From: Elusimicrobiota bacterium
Lineage (GTDB): Bacteria > Elusimicrobiota > UBA8919
Length of the DNA: 64,000 bases
NCBI GenBank assembly: GCA_040757695.1
Contig: JBFLWK010000004.1
Location: 11,574 to 75,573 of the forward strand
Direction: 5' to 3'
Shown here: piece after piece, positions 27,121-35,959 of the stretch
Position numbering within the stretch: the first letter of the stretch is position 1
Layout: each line of letters opens with the position of its first letter
The notes under the pieces: model-generated
What the model was told of the DNA's origin: nothing
The model's database searches: none
The model's input: the letters and a program-made list of their open reading frames with translations, nothing else
Position numbers and translations under genes: made by a program

Positions 27121-27144
27121 CAATTAGTACAATTGTACTAATTG
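27121..27144. repeat. perfect 24-nt palindrome of the TTAGTAC AATT GTACTAA family
   Basis: CAATTAGTACAATTGTACTAATTG, 17 nt upstream of the TonB-receptor ATG. Confidence 0.85.
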
Positions 27145-27160
27145 AAAAACGGAGGTTGAG

Positions 27161-29128
27161 ATGGGGAAAATTTTTTTAATAATGATTTTTTGTTTTTTTT
27201 CACCGGTTGGTTTGTGTAAAGCAACAGATATTGTTATTTCAATAACAAAGGCAGCAACACCACTAAAAAATTATCCGGGCAATGTTTCCATAATTGGAAA
27301 AGAAGATATGGAAAAAGTAAAAGCTGAAAATCTTGACGAGCTTATTACTAAAACAGTTCCTGATATAAATATGCAAGAGTCACAGTACTGCCAAACAAGA
27401 ACCAGACAGGTAACTCTGCGTGGAGTTAATGAACAGGGCAAAACACTTGTTCTTGTTGATGATATTCCAGTACAAAGTCCCTGTCACGGTTGGCTTGATT
27501 GGGATCTTATTTCTCCAGAAAATGTGGAAAGAATAGAAGTTGTAAGAGGTCCGGTATCAAGTTTATATGGTTCCGGCGCAATGGGTGGAGTAATTAACAT
27601 CATTACGAAGATGCCTGTTAGAAAAAGGGAGACGCTTATTAAAACTTCATTTGGAAAGATGAATACAAAAATTTTGGATTTATCTCAAGCAGGCGATTTT
27701 AAAAAATTTGCGTATACTGTCAACGGACGTCTTTTTAATACAGATGGCTATATTGCTGAAAAGAATCCACAAACTTATAATATCAAACGCGATAGAGATC
27801 AGCAGAATATTAACTCTAAATTCATTTTCAGACCGACAAACAATTCATCTTTTACCCTTGGGCTATTTCGTAATAATGACAGGTTTGGTAGAGGAAGAAA
27901 ATATTCTAATTCAGATATGACTACCACTTTTGGATATTTAAGTTTCAATAAGGAATTAAAGTTTACACAGTGGCATTTGAATTTGTATTCAGATTATCAT
28001 AAATGGTTAATAGATTTTGACCGGCCTCCAAATTACAATAATTTATATAGTGTTGAAGATTTTGACATGAAAGATATTGGCAGCGGTTTACAACTGAACC
28101 ACATTACAAATCAATTCGGTAAATTTACATTCGGTATTGATAATAAATATAGCGAAATAACGCAATCAGCCGATTACAAAACTGTTACAAGAGAGTCACA
28201 AACAAAAGGAAAACAAATTTATCTTGCGCCATTTTTTCAAGACGAATATACCATATTTGATGAAAAATTAATGCTAACATTGGGTAGCCGGCTGGACTGG
28301 TACAAAAATTACGATGGTTCTTTCTATGATACAAATCCCGCTCCTTTACAACCAATTGATATGAGTTATTCTGAAAAAGAGTGGTATGGATTCTGTCCAA
28401 AATTTGCCCTATTGTATCGTTTGGATAAAAGAACCACTTTCAAAACATCTGTGGGAAAAGGTTTCCAATCTCCTTCTCTTCCACTCCTTTACACAATAAT
28501 GACTCGGGGGGTAAAAACTGTGAAAGGCAATCCAGAACTTGTCCCGGAATATCTTTGGTCATATGAAATAACAGCCGATCGGATGATAAATAATCGGTTG
28601 TTTGCTAAATTCACACTCTATCAGAGTGAAGGAAATGATTTTATTGCCAGCCGCACCATAGCACCTAATACATTGCAATTTGATAACATCTCCAAAGTCC
28701 GAATGCGCGGGATAGAAACGGAACTTAAATATGATATGACATTAGACCTTTCCGGTTCTTTGGGTTATTCATATAGTTATACGGAAGTTATTAAAGATGA
28801 AGCAAATCCTCAAACAGAAGGTAATACGCTCGCATTTATACCGTATAATAAACTGATTTTTGGTATTAATTACGACGTTCCAAATCTGTTTGCAATAAAT
28901 TCTAAGATGAAATACACAGATAAAATGTATTCTGATATAGAGAATACCAAACCATTGGTTGATTATTGGACATTTGATATTGGTGTTTCAAAAAAGATAT
29001 ATAAAAATATAAAAGTAAAAATTGATTGTGAAAACGTGTTTGACGAAAAATATGATATTCCTGACATGTCGGAAGATTTAGTCGCTCCCGGGCGGGTTAT
29101 TAACGGTTCAGTAAATGTAAAATTTTAG
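27161..29128 (+). CDS. TonB-dependent outer-membrane receptor
   Basis: Signal peptide, plug domain (RIEVVRGPVSSLYGSGAMGGVINIIT) and a beta-barrel with terminal aromatic residue (VNVKF). Confidence 0.88.
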   Translation: MGKIFLIMIFCFFSPVGLCKATDIVISITKAATPLKNYPGNVSIIGKEDMEKVKAENLDELITKTVPDINMQESQYCQTRTRQVTLRGVNEQGKTLVLVDDIPVQSPCHGWLDWDLISPENVERIEVVRGPVSSLYGSGAMGGVINIITKMPVRKRETLIKTSFGKMNTKILDLSQAGDFKKFAYTVNGRLFNTDGYIAEKNPQTYNIKRDRDQQNINSKFIFRPTNNSSFTLGLFRNNDRFGRGRKYSNSDMTTTFGYLSFNKELKFTQWHLNLYSDYHKWLIDFDRPPNYNNLYSVEDFDMKDIGSGLQLNHITNQFGKFTFGIDNKYSEITQSADYKTVTRESQTKGKQIYLAPFFQDEYTIFDEKLMLTLGSRLDWYKNYDGSFYDTNPAPLQPIDMSYSEKEWYGFCPKFALLYRLDKRTTFKTSVGKGFQSPSLPLLYTIMTRGVKTVKGNPELVPEYLWSYEITADRMINNRLFAKFTLYQSEGNDFIASRTIAPNTLQFDNISKVRMRGIETELKYDMTLDLSGSLGYSYSYTEVIKDEANPQTEGNTLAFIPYNKLIFGINYDVPNLFAINSKMKYTDKMYSDIENTKPLVDYWTFDIGVSKKIYKNIKVKIDCENVFDEKYDIPDMSEDLVAPGRVINGSVNVKF

Positions 29129-29159
29129 AAGTACAAATATAAGGAACTGAAACAGATTC

Positions 29160-29387
29160 TTGAAAAAGAGAAAAAAACTAGCTGAGGTTATAAATGAATC
29201 CAAACTTGAATTTCATAGTGTATTGATGGTGGGACTCGGTGAATCATATCAGGATAGAGTGGAACATATGTTTTACTTGAAGGAATTCCATAATTTTAGA
29301 TATTTTCCAATTACATGGTTACACAGTCCCAAAGGTTTACTGTTAGAAAACTATCCACAAACTTACAAATGGGAAGTTAGAAGTTGA
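29160..29387 (+). pseudogene. remnant of a BioB/HydE-type radical-SAM gene (C-terminal fragment only)
   Basis: LMVGLGESYQDRVEHMFYLKEF...FPITWLHSPKGLLLEN resembles GMGES..DR...LREL...PINFLNPIKGTPLEN. There is no CxxxCxxC N-terminal part. Confidence 0.45.
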
Positions 29388-29429
29388 GTCGCAGATATTG
29401 AAGCGTCTAACAAATTCAGGAAGTGGACC

Positions 29430-29657
29430 GTGTCCAATTTTGTCATAACGATTGTAATTTTAGTGGTTGTATTATGCTTGTATGGTTATATTTTATTTAG
29501 CATGCCTATATATGCAATGCCTGCCTTAAAAATTGGGATAGCAAGTTTTATCACTGCCTTACCGCTTATTCTTCTTGCATTTGCACTTGTAGGTGCTTTA
29601 CAGATTATTTTGCCAAAAACAATTTTTATTAAATATTTAAGCGAGCAAGATTCGTAG
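29430..29657 (+). pseudogene. truncated permease-like membrane protein fragment
   Basis: 75 aa with two hydrophobic helices (LPLILLAFALVGALQIILPK), ending abruptly. Confidence 0.3.
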
Positions 29658-29757
29658 TAATTAAGATAATCTCTACAATAATTTTTCCACCAATAGCAGG
29701 ACTTATTACTCACATATTTTCACGTGGGATTTCAATATGAATTAAAAAAGTTTTCTA

Positions 29758-29786
29758 TTGACAAGAATAGAGAAAAAAGTTAAAAT
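29758..29786 (+). promoter_or_regulatory. consensus sigma70 promoter of the rpmH operon
   Basis: TTGACA, 17-nt spacer, TAAAAT, 9 nt before ATG 29796. Confidence 0.65.
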
Positions 29787-29795
29787 AATCCTATT

Positions 29796-29933
29796 ATGAA
29801 ACCAACTTTTAGACCGAATGTTAGAAAACGGAAAAAGAAAATCGGATTCAGGGCAAGAATGAGAACAGCAAGTGGTAGAAAAATATTGAGCAATCGACGA
29901 TATAAAGGCAGAAAAAAACTAATACAGGTGTAA
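29796..29933 (+). CDS. rpmH: 50S ribosomal protein L34
   Basis: Own translation: [45 protein letters not shown]. Too short for the supplied ORF track. Confidence 0.92.
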   Translation: MKPTFRPNVRKRKKKIGFRARMRTASGRKILSNRRYKGRKKLIQV

Positions 29934-30281
29934 ATGGGTCTTGCTCGGCAGTATCGGTTAACTAAATCAGACAATTTTTTGGAAATCAAGAAAAATGCCA
30001 GAAAAATTTTATCAGGTGGGTATAGTTTCTATATCTGTCTGAATAACCGGGATATTTCCCGGCTGGCAGTAATAGTTTCTGAAAAATTAGGGAACGCCTG
30101 TTTGAGACACCGTTTGAAACGAATAGTGCAGGAAGTTTTTCGTCTTAATAATAGAAGTTTTACAAAAAATGTGGATATTATAATAATTGCCCGAAATGAG
30201 ATTTCACCAACTGTTTGTTATTCTGATTTTGAGTGCTGTTTCTTATCTGCATTCCAAAAAGCAAATTTATTAAAAGTATAG
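29934..30281 (+). CDS. rnpA: ribonuclease P protein component
   Basis: Basic 115-aa protein immediately after rpmH, with RLKRIVQEVFR. Confidence 0.85.
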   Translation: MGLARQYRLTKSDNFLEIKKNARKILSGGYSFYICLNNRDISRLAVIVSEKLGNACLRHRLKRIVQEVFRLNNRSFTKNVDIIIIARNEISPTVCYSDFECCFLSAFQKANLLKV

Positions 30282-30285
30282 AAAT

Positions 30286-30492
30286 ATGAGATTACTGTCA
30301 ATTTGGTTCATCAGAATATATCAATTTTTTGCAAGACCATTCCCACAACAGTGTAGATTCTATCCGAGTTGTTCACAGTATGCTGTGGAATCGTTGGAAA
30401 AATTCGGGTTTATAAAAGGCTGGTTTTTAACTTTAAAACGGCTGTTGAAATGTGGCCCCTGGCACCCAGGTGGCTATGATGCTGTACCATAG
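30286..30492 (+). CDS. yidD: membrane protein insertion efficiency factor YidD
   Basis: CRFYPSCSQYAVESLEKFG...CGPWHPGGYD. Confidence 0.92.
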   Translation: MRLLSIWFIRIYQFFARPFPQQCRFYPSCSQYAVESLEKFGFIKGWFLTLKRLLKCGPWHPGGYDAVP

Positions 30493-30515
30493 ATGTTTCT
30501 GAAAAAAAATAAGAA

Positions 30516-32045
30516 ATGGAAAAAAGAACTTTTTTAGCAATCGTTTTGTCAATAGCAATCCTTATAGGTTGGCAGTGGTTGTTCGGACCTAAAAAGCGTA
30601 TCACATCTACAAACACACCAGTATCAGCAGTTGACGATACCAGAAAAACAGCTAAATCAGCATTGCAGAGTCCATCTATTCCTTCTGCTTCCATTGACCT
30701 ATCTACAAAACAGGCAAAAACTTTTCAGATTAAAACGGATAAGGCGATTTATGTTTTAAGTGAAAACGAAGCATCAATTGTAAATTGTTTTATCAAAGAA
30801 GAACGTTTAAATGAAAAAACTTCAGTTGAACTTGTGTTAGATGGGAAGTTACTTAACGACAGAGATAGCGGTATCTGGTCAAATATACCCGTAAAAAATC
30901 AGCCATATCAGACAAAATTTGGTCGGTTCACTAGCGATTTTTACATAGAAAAAACATTTTGTTTCAGTAACGATTCTTATTTGATAGATATAAAATACAC
31001 CATCTTGAACAAAACCAAGTTCCCAAAAGTTTTTGATGGTTTATCATTGGCTATCGGGCCGGGATTAGGCACAGATGCGAAAGAAATGAAGGAAAACAAA
31101 CGACTTTTAAGAACGATTTCGTATTCACATAAAAAGGTTGAGAAACTGAAATTCGGCGGATATCAATTTTCATCAAAATGGGTAGGTATTGATAACAGAT
31201 ATTTTCTTTCCGTTTTCTGCCAGACAACAGATGGTTTCAAAATAGTAATATCTTCAGATGTTGAAAAAATGCCGTTGGTATTCACTTCTACCAGCAAAAT
31301 TGAGTTCAGTCCATCCGAAAAAAAATCGTTTTCAATAACTTCATATACCGGTCCAAAAGGTTTTAGCCGTCTTAAAGGAATTAAAATAGGTAATACCAAA
31401 CTACAACTTGAAAAAGCGGTTGATTTCGGATTTTTCGGTGACCTTGGCGAAATTGCACTTGCTGCCTTGAACTTCCTTTATAAAATTACTCATAATTACG
31501 GTTGGGCAATCGTGATAATATCCATTTTTCTTAATATTGTTTTTTTTCCGCTTTCTAAAAAACAATTTGCTTCTGCACAGGCAATGAAATCAATCCAGAA
31601 TGAAGTAAAAGCGCTCCAGATAAAATACAAATCCGACCCTAAAAAAATGAATGCTGAAGTATGGAGCTTGTATAAATCAAAAGGCGTGAATCCATTCAGC
31701 GGATGTCTACCAATGCTGATTCAGTTGCCAATTTTCTGGGCGCTGTTTACAATGTTAAGAAACGCCTACGAACTCCGCGGTGCGCAATGGGTTCTATGGA
31801 TTGCTGATTTATCTACAAAAGACCCGTATTATGTTCTGCCTGTTTTGATGGGTGCCGGGATGTTTTTGCAACAATGGATGTCCACAAGCACGGCAGACCC
31901 AACACAAAAACAAATGATGATTATGATGCCTATAATTTTTACAGTGATGTTTTTAGGTTTCCCATCCGGCTTGGTGATATACTGGCTTACCAATAGTGTT
32001 GTAACGATTATAGAACAATGGCTGATTTTCGAGAAAACTTCATAA
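30516..32045 (+). CDS. yidC: membrane protein insertase YidC
   Basis: N-terminal TM, periplasmic domain and the 60-kDa IMP core (GCLPMLIQLPIFWALF...PSGLVIYWLTNS). Confidence 0.92.
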   Translation: MEKRTFLAIVLSIAILIGWQWLFGPKKRITSTNTPVSAVDDTRKTAKSALQSPSIPSASIDLSTKQAKTFQIKTDKAIYVLSENEASIVNCFIKEERLNEKTSVELVLDGKLLNDRDSGIWSNIPVKNQPYQTKFGRFTSDFYIEKTFCFSNDSYLIDIKYTILNKTKFPKVFDGLSLAIGPGLGTDAKEMKENKRLLRTISYSHKKVEKLKFGGYQFSSKWVGIDNRYFLSVFCQTTDGFKIVISSDVEKMPLVFTSTSKIEFSPSEKKSFSITSYTGPKGFSRLKGIKIGNTKLQLEKAVDFGFFGDLGEIALAALNFLYKITHNYGWAIVIISIFLNIVFFPLSKKQFASAQAMKSIQNEVKALQIKYKSDPKKMNAEVWSLYKSKGVNPFSGCLPMLIQLPIFWALFTMLRNAYELRGAQWVLWIADLSTKDPYYVLPVLMGAGMFLQQWMSTSTADPTQKQMMIMMPIIFTVMFLGFPSGLVIYWLTNSVVTIIEQWLIFEKTS

Positions 32046-32164
32046 CCACAGATTAACACAGATGTCATGCTGAATGAAATGAAGCATCTCGGTTTTGAGA
32101 TTCTTCGGGCTTTTCCATCAGAATAACATTTTTTCAGTGTTCACCTGTGTTTACCTGTGGTTAA
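32044..32164. repeat. 10-nt-periodic hairpin (CACAGAT units) starting in the yidC stop codon
   Basis: AACCACAGATTAACACAGATG ... core ... CAGTGTTCACCTGTGTTTACCTGTGGTTA. Confidence 0.85.
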
Positions 32165-32202
32165 ATTTGACAATACCGTAGTTAAAACGGAGGCAATAGT
32201 GT

Positions 32203-32883
32203 ATGAAAAAGGAGATTGAATCAACAGGCAGGAATGTAGATGAGGCAATAGAGAACGGACTGAAACAACTCGGGCTGACAAGAGAAGAGGTAGAGATTAA
32301 AATTTTAGATGAAGGCAAATCAGGACTCTTCGGGTTGATGGGTTCGGCACCTTCAAGAGTAAAAATATCCACTAAAATACATCCTGCTGCCGAAAATTCA
32401 AAAGAGAAAGAAAAAACATCAGCAAAAACCGAACCAAAAATATCCACATTGGCAGTTGAGATTCTATCAAAAATGCTTGAATTAGCAGGTTTTGTAGCCA
32501 AAATGTCAACAGAAAACACAGAAGCTGGGCTGGTTTTGAATGTCTCATCTGAAGATAGTGCAATTCTTATTGGCAGGCAGGGGCAAACAATGAAGGCAGT
32601 AGAATATTTGCTGAAACTTATCTTGAGCAAACAAGAAGGCCGGAGTGTAAATATAATGCTCAATATAAATGGTTATCTTGAAAAACGAAATGAAAGAATT
32701 GTTAAGAAAGCGAAAGAACTTGAAGAACAAGTTAAGATGAAATGCGAGCCGATAGAAATCAAACTGCCTGCCAGTGAACGAAAAATAATCCATATAACCT
32801 TAAAAAACAGTGAATTTGTTGAAACAGTATCTGAAGGTGAAGGCGAAGATAGGAAACTTATTATTAGACCAAAAAATAAATGA
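32203..32883 (+). CDS. jag: Jag/KhpB RNA-binding protein (Jag_N, KH, R3H)
   Basis: Jag_N start (GRNVDEAIENGLKQLGL), KH (GRQGQTMKAVEYLL) and R3H region. Conserved position after yidC. Confidence 0.85.
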   Translation: MKKEIESTGRNVDEAIENGLKQLGLTREEVEIKILDEGKSGLFGLMGSAPSRVKISTKIHPAAENSKEKEKTSAKTEPKISTLAVEILSKMLELAGFVAKMSTENTEAGLVLNVSSEDSAILIGRQGQTMKAVEYLLKLILSKQEGRSVNIMLNINGYLEKRNERIVKKAKELEEQVKMKCEPIEIKLPASERKIIHITLKNSEFVETVSEGEGEDRKLIIRPKNK

Positions 32884-32961
32884 ATTTGTGAAATGAGGAA
32901 TTTCAATTCCTTGTCAATGGAGCAAATTCAAACCATAATGTAGCCGAGAATTTATTCTCGG
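32881..32961 (+). ncRNA. candidate structured element filling the jag-mnmE spacer (partner at 26886-26967)
   Basis: TGAATTTG...CAAATTCA outer stem, hairpin AGGAATTTCAATTCCT, core GTCAATGGAGCAAATTCAAACCATAATGTAGC, hairpin CCGAGAATTTATTCTCGG whose last G is the G of the mnmE GTG. Confidence 0.45.
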
Positions 32962-34382
32962 TGAGCAAAGCGAAGGTGAAGATATATTCTGATGATACAA
33001 TCGTTGCTATTTCAACACTTGTTGGTGAAGCCGGTATAGGAATTGTTCGCTTAAGCGGTCCGTCTGCTATTGATATTTCCTCAAAAATTTTCAAGCCAAA
33101 ATCAAAAAAAAACATATCTGAACTCCCTTCCTTTACTACTCATCTTGGCAAAATTGTAGAAAATGAACAATTGGTAGATGAAGTGCTTCTGACAATAATG
33201 AGGTCGCCCAAGTCGTATACTCGTGAGGATGTTGTAGAAATATCCTGTCACGGTGGCTTTCTCACGCTTAAAAAAACACTTGAACTCTGTATAAAATATG
33301 GTGCACGGCTCGCAGAACCAGGCGAGTTCACAAAAAGGGCGTTCCTGAATGGTAGAATTGACCTGTCTCAGGCAGAAGCGGTGTGTGATATAATAAAAGC
33401 CAAAACAGATATTGCCCTGTCCTGTGCATTACAGCAGCTGAATGGCGCCTTATCGCAGAAAATAAATGAACAAAAAAGCAAAGTTGTAGACACATTGGCT
33501 ACACTGGAGGTGGCGATAGATTGTGCGGAGGATGAAATTCCTGTCTTGGAAGGTTCTGAATTAACAAAAAAAATAGTAGAAATAGAAGATGGATTAGAAA
33601 AAATGCTTTCTACATTTTTAACAGGTAAAATTTTTAGAGAAGGTGTAAGATGTGCGATTGTAGGCAAGCCCAATGTAGGAAAATCATCATTATTAAATCT
33701 TTTAGCAGGTCAAGACAGAGCGATAGTAACGGAAATACCGGGCACCACACGGGATATAATTGAAGAAACAGTTAGCATTTATGGTATCCCGCTTATTTTG
33801 ATAGATACCGCAGGTATAAGACGTCACAGCCAGGATATTGTAGAACAGATAGGGATAGAAAAGGCACAGGAAAGATTGAAAACTGCCGATTTGGTACTGT
33901 TTGTTTTGGACTCATCACAAGGGTTATCTTCAGAAGATTTTCATATTGCAGAACTGGTTATTTCTAAAAAAGCGATTCTTGTTTTGAACAAATCTGACCT
34001 CGCCACATCACCATTCTCCCCCCTCCCTACCCAAAAAATTGGTGATATCTCGCAACTTGGAATTGTTGCACCTGCTGTATCAATTTCAGCGCTCAAAAAT
34101 GAAGGTATAGACGAACTAAAAAGGGTTATTTACGAGTCATTTATATCAAACGGTATCAGCACAAGTGAGTTTTTTTTATCAAACACAAGGCATAAAATAC
34201 TGGTTGAAAATGCGATTAATTCACTTGAAAAGGCAAGAGATTCAATTACCGCAGGTCTTTCAGAAGAGTTTATTGCACTGGATTTAAGGGCTGCTTTGAA
34301 TTATCTCGGCCAGATTACTGGTGAAGTGCCAACCGAACAAATACTTGACAGAATTTTTTCAAACTTTTGTGTTGGAAAATAA
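32961..34382 (+). CDS. mnmE: tRNA modification GTPase MnmE
   Basis: DTIVAIST...GIGIVRLSG, GKPNVGKSSLLN, DTAGIR and C-terminal FCVGK. GTG start (an alternative GTG lies at 32976). Confidence 0.92.
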   Translation: MSKAKVKIYSDDTIVAISTLVGEAGIGIVRLSGPSAIDISSKIFKPKSKKNISELPSFTTHLGKIVENEQLVDEVLLTIMRSPKSYTREDVVEISCHGGFLTLKKTLELCIKYGARLAEPGEFTKRAFLNGRIDLSQAEAVCDIIKAKTDIALSCALQQLNGALSQKINEQKSKVVDTLATLEVAIDCAEDEIPVLEGSELTKKIVEIEDGLEKMLSTFLTGKIFREGVRCAIVGKPNVGKSSLLNLLAGQDRAIVTEIPGTTRDIIEETVSIYGIPLILIDTAGIRRHSQDIVEQIGIEKAQERLKTADLVLFVLDSSQGLSSEDFHIAELVISKKAILVLNKSDLATSPFSPLPTQKIGDISQLGIVAPAVSISALKNEGIDELKRVIYESFISNGISTSEFFLSNTRHKILVENAINSLEKARDSITAGLSEEFIALDLRAALNYLGQITGEVPTEQILDRIFSNFCVGK

Positions 34383-34404
34383 TTTTTCAGAGGAGGGCAG
34401 GAAA

Positions 34405-34764
34405 ATGCTAAACATTGCGTATCTTTTTGCTGGATTAGTTGCTGGTATTTTTGGCGGATTATTCGGGCTTGGTGGCGGGTCTGTTTTAATACCGTTACTT
34501 GTTTATCTTTTCAAAATGACACAACATCAAGCGCAAGGGACAACACTTGCTGCGATGATTCCACCTATCGGACTACTCGCAGCACTCAAGTATTATCAAG
34601 CAGGACATATCAATATCAGAATCGCAGTACTTATTGCGGTTGGATTTTTTATTGGTGGATTTTTGGGCGGTACTTTTGCTCAACCGATAAACGACACGGT
34701 TCTTAAAAAAATTTTTGGTTTGTTTTTTGCAGTTATTGGACTCCAAATGTTTTTAGGAAAATAG
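34405..34764 (+). CDS. TauE/SafE-family small membrane transporter
   Basis: GIFGGLFGLGGGSVLIPLL motif, 4 TM helices. GAGGAGG SD before ATG 34405. Confidence 0.7.
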   Translation: MLNIAYLFAGLVAGIFGGLFGLGGGSVLIPLLVYLFKMTQHQAQGTTLAAMIPPIGLLAALKYYQAGHINIRIAVLIAVGFFIGGFLGGTFAQPINDTVLKKIFGLFFAVIGLQMFLGK

Positions 34765-34767
34765 GAT

Positions 34768-35958
34768 ATGAAATTTTCTGTTTTGCCAATTTTGATATTT
34801 TTGTTTGTCAGTTTGGTTTTTGCCGAATTTCCTAAGAGTGATGACCTTGATAACGAATATGAAATAGATATATTTATGGACTATTTTTTGCCCGAGCGGA
34901 ATTTTGCATACCTCGCTTCTTCATCAGGGATAAGAGTCACTGCCGGTAGTTTAGATATAAAACGGCTTTATCTTCAGGAAGAATTAAAAATAAAATTACC
35001 GCTTGTCAATGACAAATTATGGACAAGATTTTTTCATATAAGAAATAAAACAATTGACTACGAAAGAACATTTGATGAGATAGAGTTTGAGTATTCACCA
35101 TTAAGCAAAATCTATCTTTCAGTATTAGGCACACCGGAATTTTATAAACATAATGCAGATTTAGGTTGGGCGATAAGGTATGCAAAGGATGAAGGGAATG
35201 GATTTAAACTTGCATATATCCTGGCTGATTTTGATAACAACTACGCATTTCAGCATCGCACAACAAATCTTGGTTTTGAAAAATTTTATCAGAAAACACC
35301 TAAAAAATGGCGTATAGAAATAAAAAAAATTGGGCATAACATAAAAAGTTACATTTTCTTTGAGTGTAATACAAAATCAGTTTTCAGTTATGATGACTTA
35401 ATGGATACCACAAAAAATTACAGTGAATCACACGAGAGTTATTTTATTGACTCAAACTTCAGTTTAAGCATTTGCTCAAACTGGAAATTTTGCACAGATT
35501 TTTATATTAGAGAAACGAAAAACAAAAAGGAGTTTACGATTCCACAGCAAGCACAAGATTTTAACGATGCTGAAAAGAAATATCTTGTCAGACCGTTTGT
35601 TGAACAGTATCTCTTAAATAGTGTCAGATTGTTCTATGGATTTTCATTCGTGAAACATTATTTATCACTACAAAATTATGATTATACGAGAACAAATATC
35701 GGCGGATTTCTTTCTGTGGTTTTGAACATTTGTTCAAATACGGAATTAGAAGTCGGATATATTCACGATGATGTAGATTGGACGAAAAATTCTCAATCCG
35801 AATACAACCGAGAAAACCGATTAAAACTCGCAATTGAATATAAATTTACCGAAAAATCACAAATAAAACTTATCACCGGCTGGGATTTAGATAAAGAGGA
35901 CTGGGGCACCTTTGCATTTTTTGACGGCGGACATATTCAGTTGCAGATATTGTTTTAA
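34768..35958 (+). CDS. hypothetical outer-membrane beta-barrel protein
   Basis: Signal peptide, alternating beta-strand pattern and C-terminal ...IQLQILF. Confidence 0.5.
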   Translation: MKFSVLPILIFLFVSLVFAEFPKSDDLDNEYEIDIFMDYFLPERNFAYLASSSGIRVTAGSLDIKRLYLQEELKIKLPLVNDKLWTRFFHIRNKTIDYERTFDEIEFEYSPLSKIYLSVLGTPEFYKHNADLGWAIRYAKDEGNGFKLAYILADFDNNYAFQHRTTNLGFEKFYQKTPKKWRIEIKKIGHNIKSYIFFECNTKSVFSYDDLMDTTKNYSESHESYFIDSNFSLSICSNWKFCTDFYIRETKNKKEFTIPQQAQDFNDAEKKYLVRPFVEQYLLNSVRLFYGFSFVKHYLSLQNYDYTRTNIGGFLSVVLNICSNTELEVGYIHDDVDWTKNSQSEYNRENRLKLAIEYKFTEKSQIKLITGWDLDKEDWGTFAFFDGGHIQLQILF

Positions 35959-35959
35959 G

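Noticed and set aside
26833-27160. Cobalamin, NiCo or other riboswitch in the TonB-receptor leader
   Set aside because: I could not find a B12 box or any riboswitch core motif I know. The structures present belong to repeat families found elsewhere in the window.
29351-29359. DnaA box / oriC upstream of rpmH
   Set aside because: It is a single 9-mer (CTATCCACA) with one mismatch to TTATCCACA. There is no cluster of boxes, no AT-rich unwinding repeats that I could define, and no dnaA gene.
32151-32663. 170-aa minus-strand ORF antisense to jag. Similar antisense ORFs are 49407-50003, 26034-26498, 57882-58226 and 59585-59923.
   Set aside because: They fully overlap strongly supported + strand genes, have low-complexity or Ser/Ile-rich composition, and match no recognisable family. 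They are typical shadow ORFs of an AT-rich genome.
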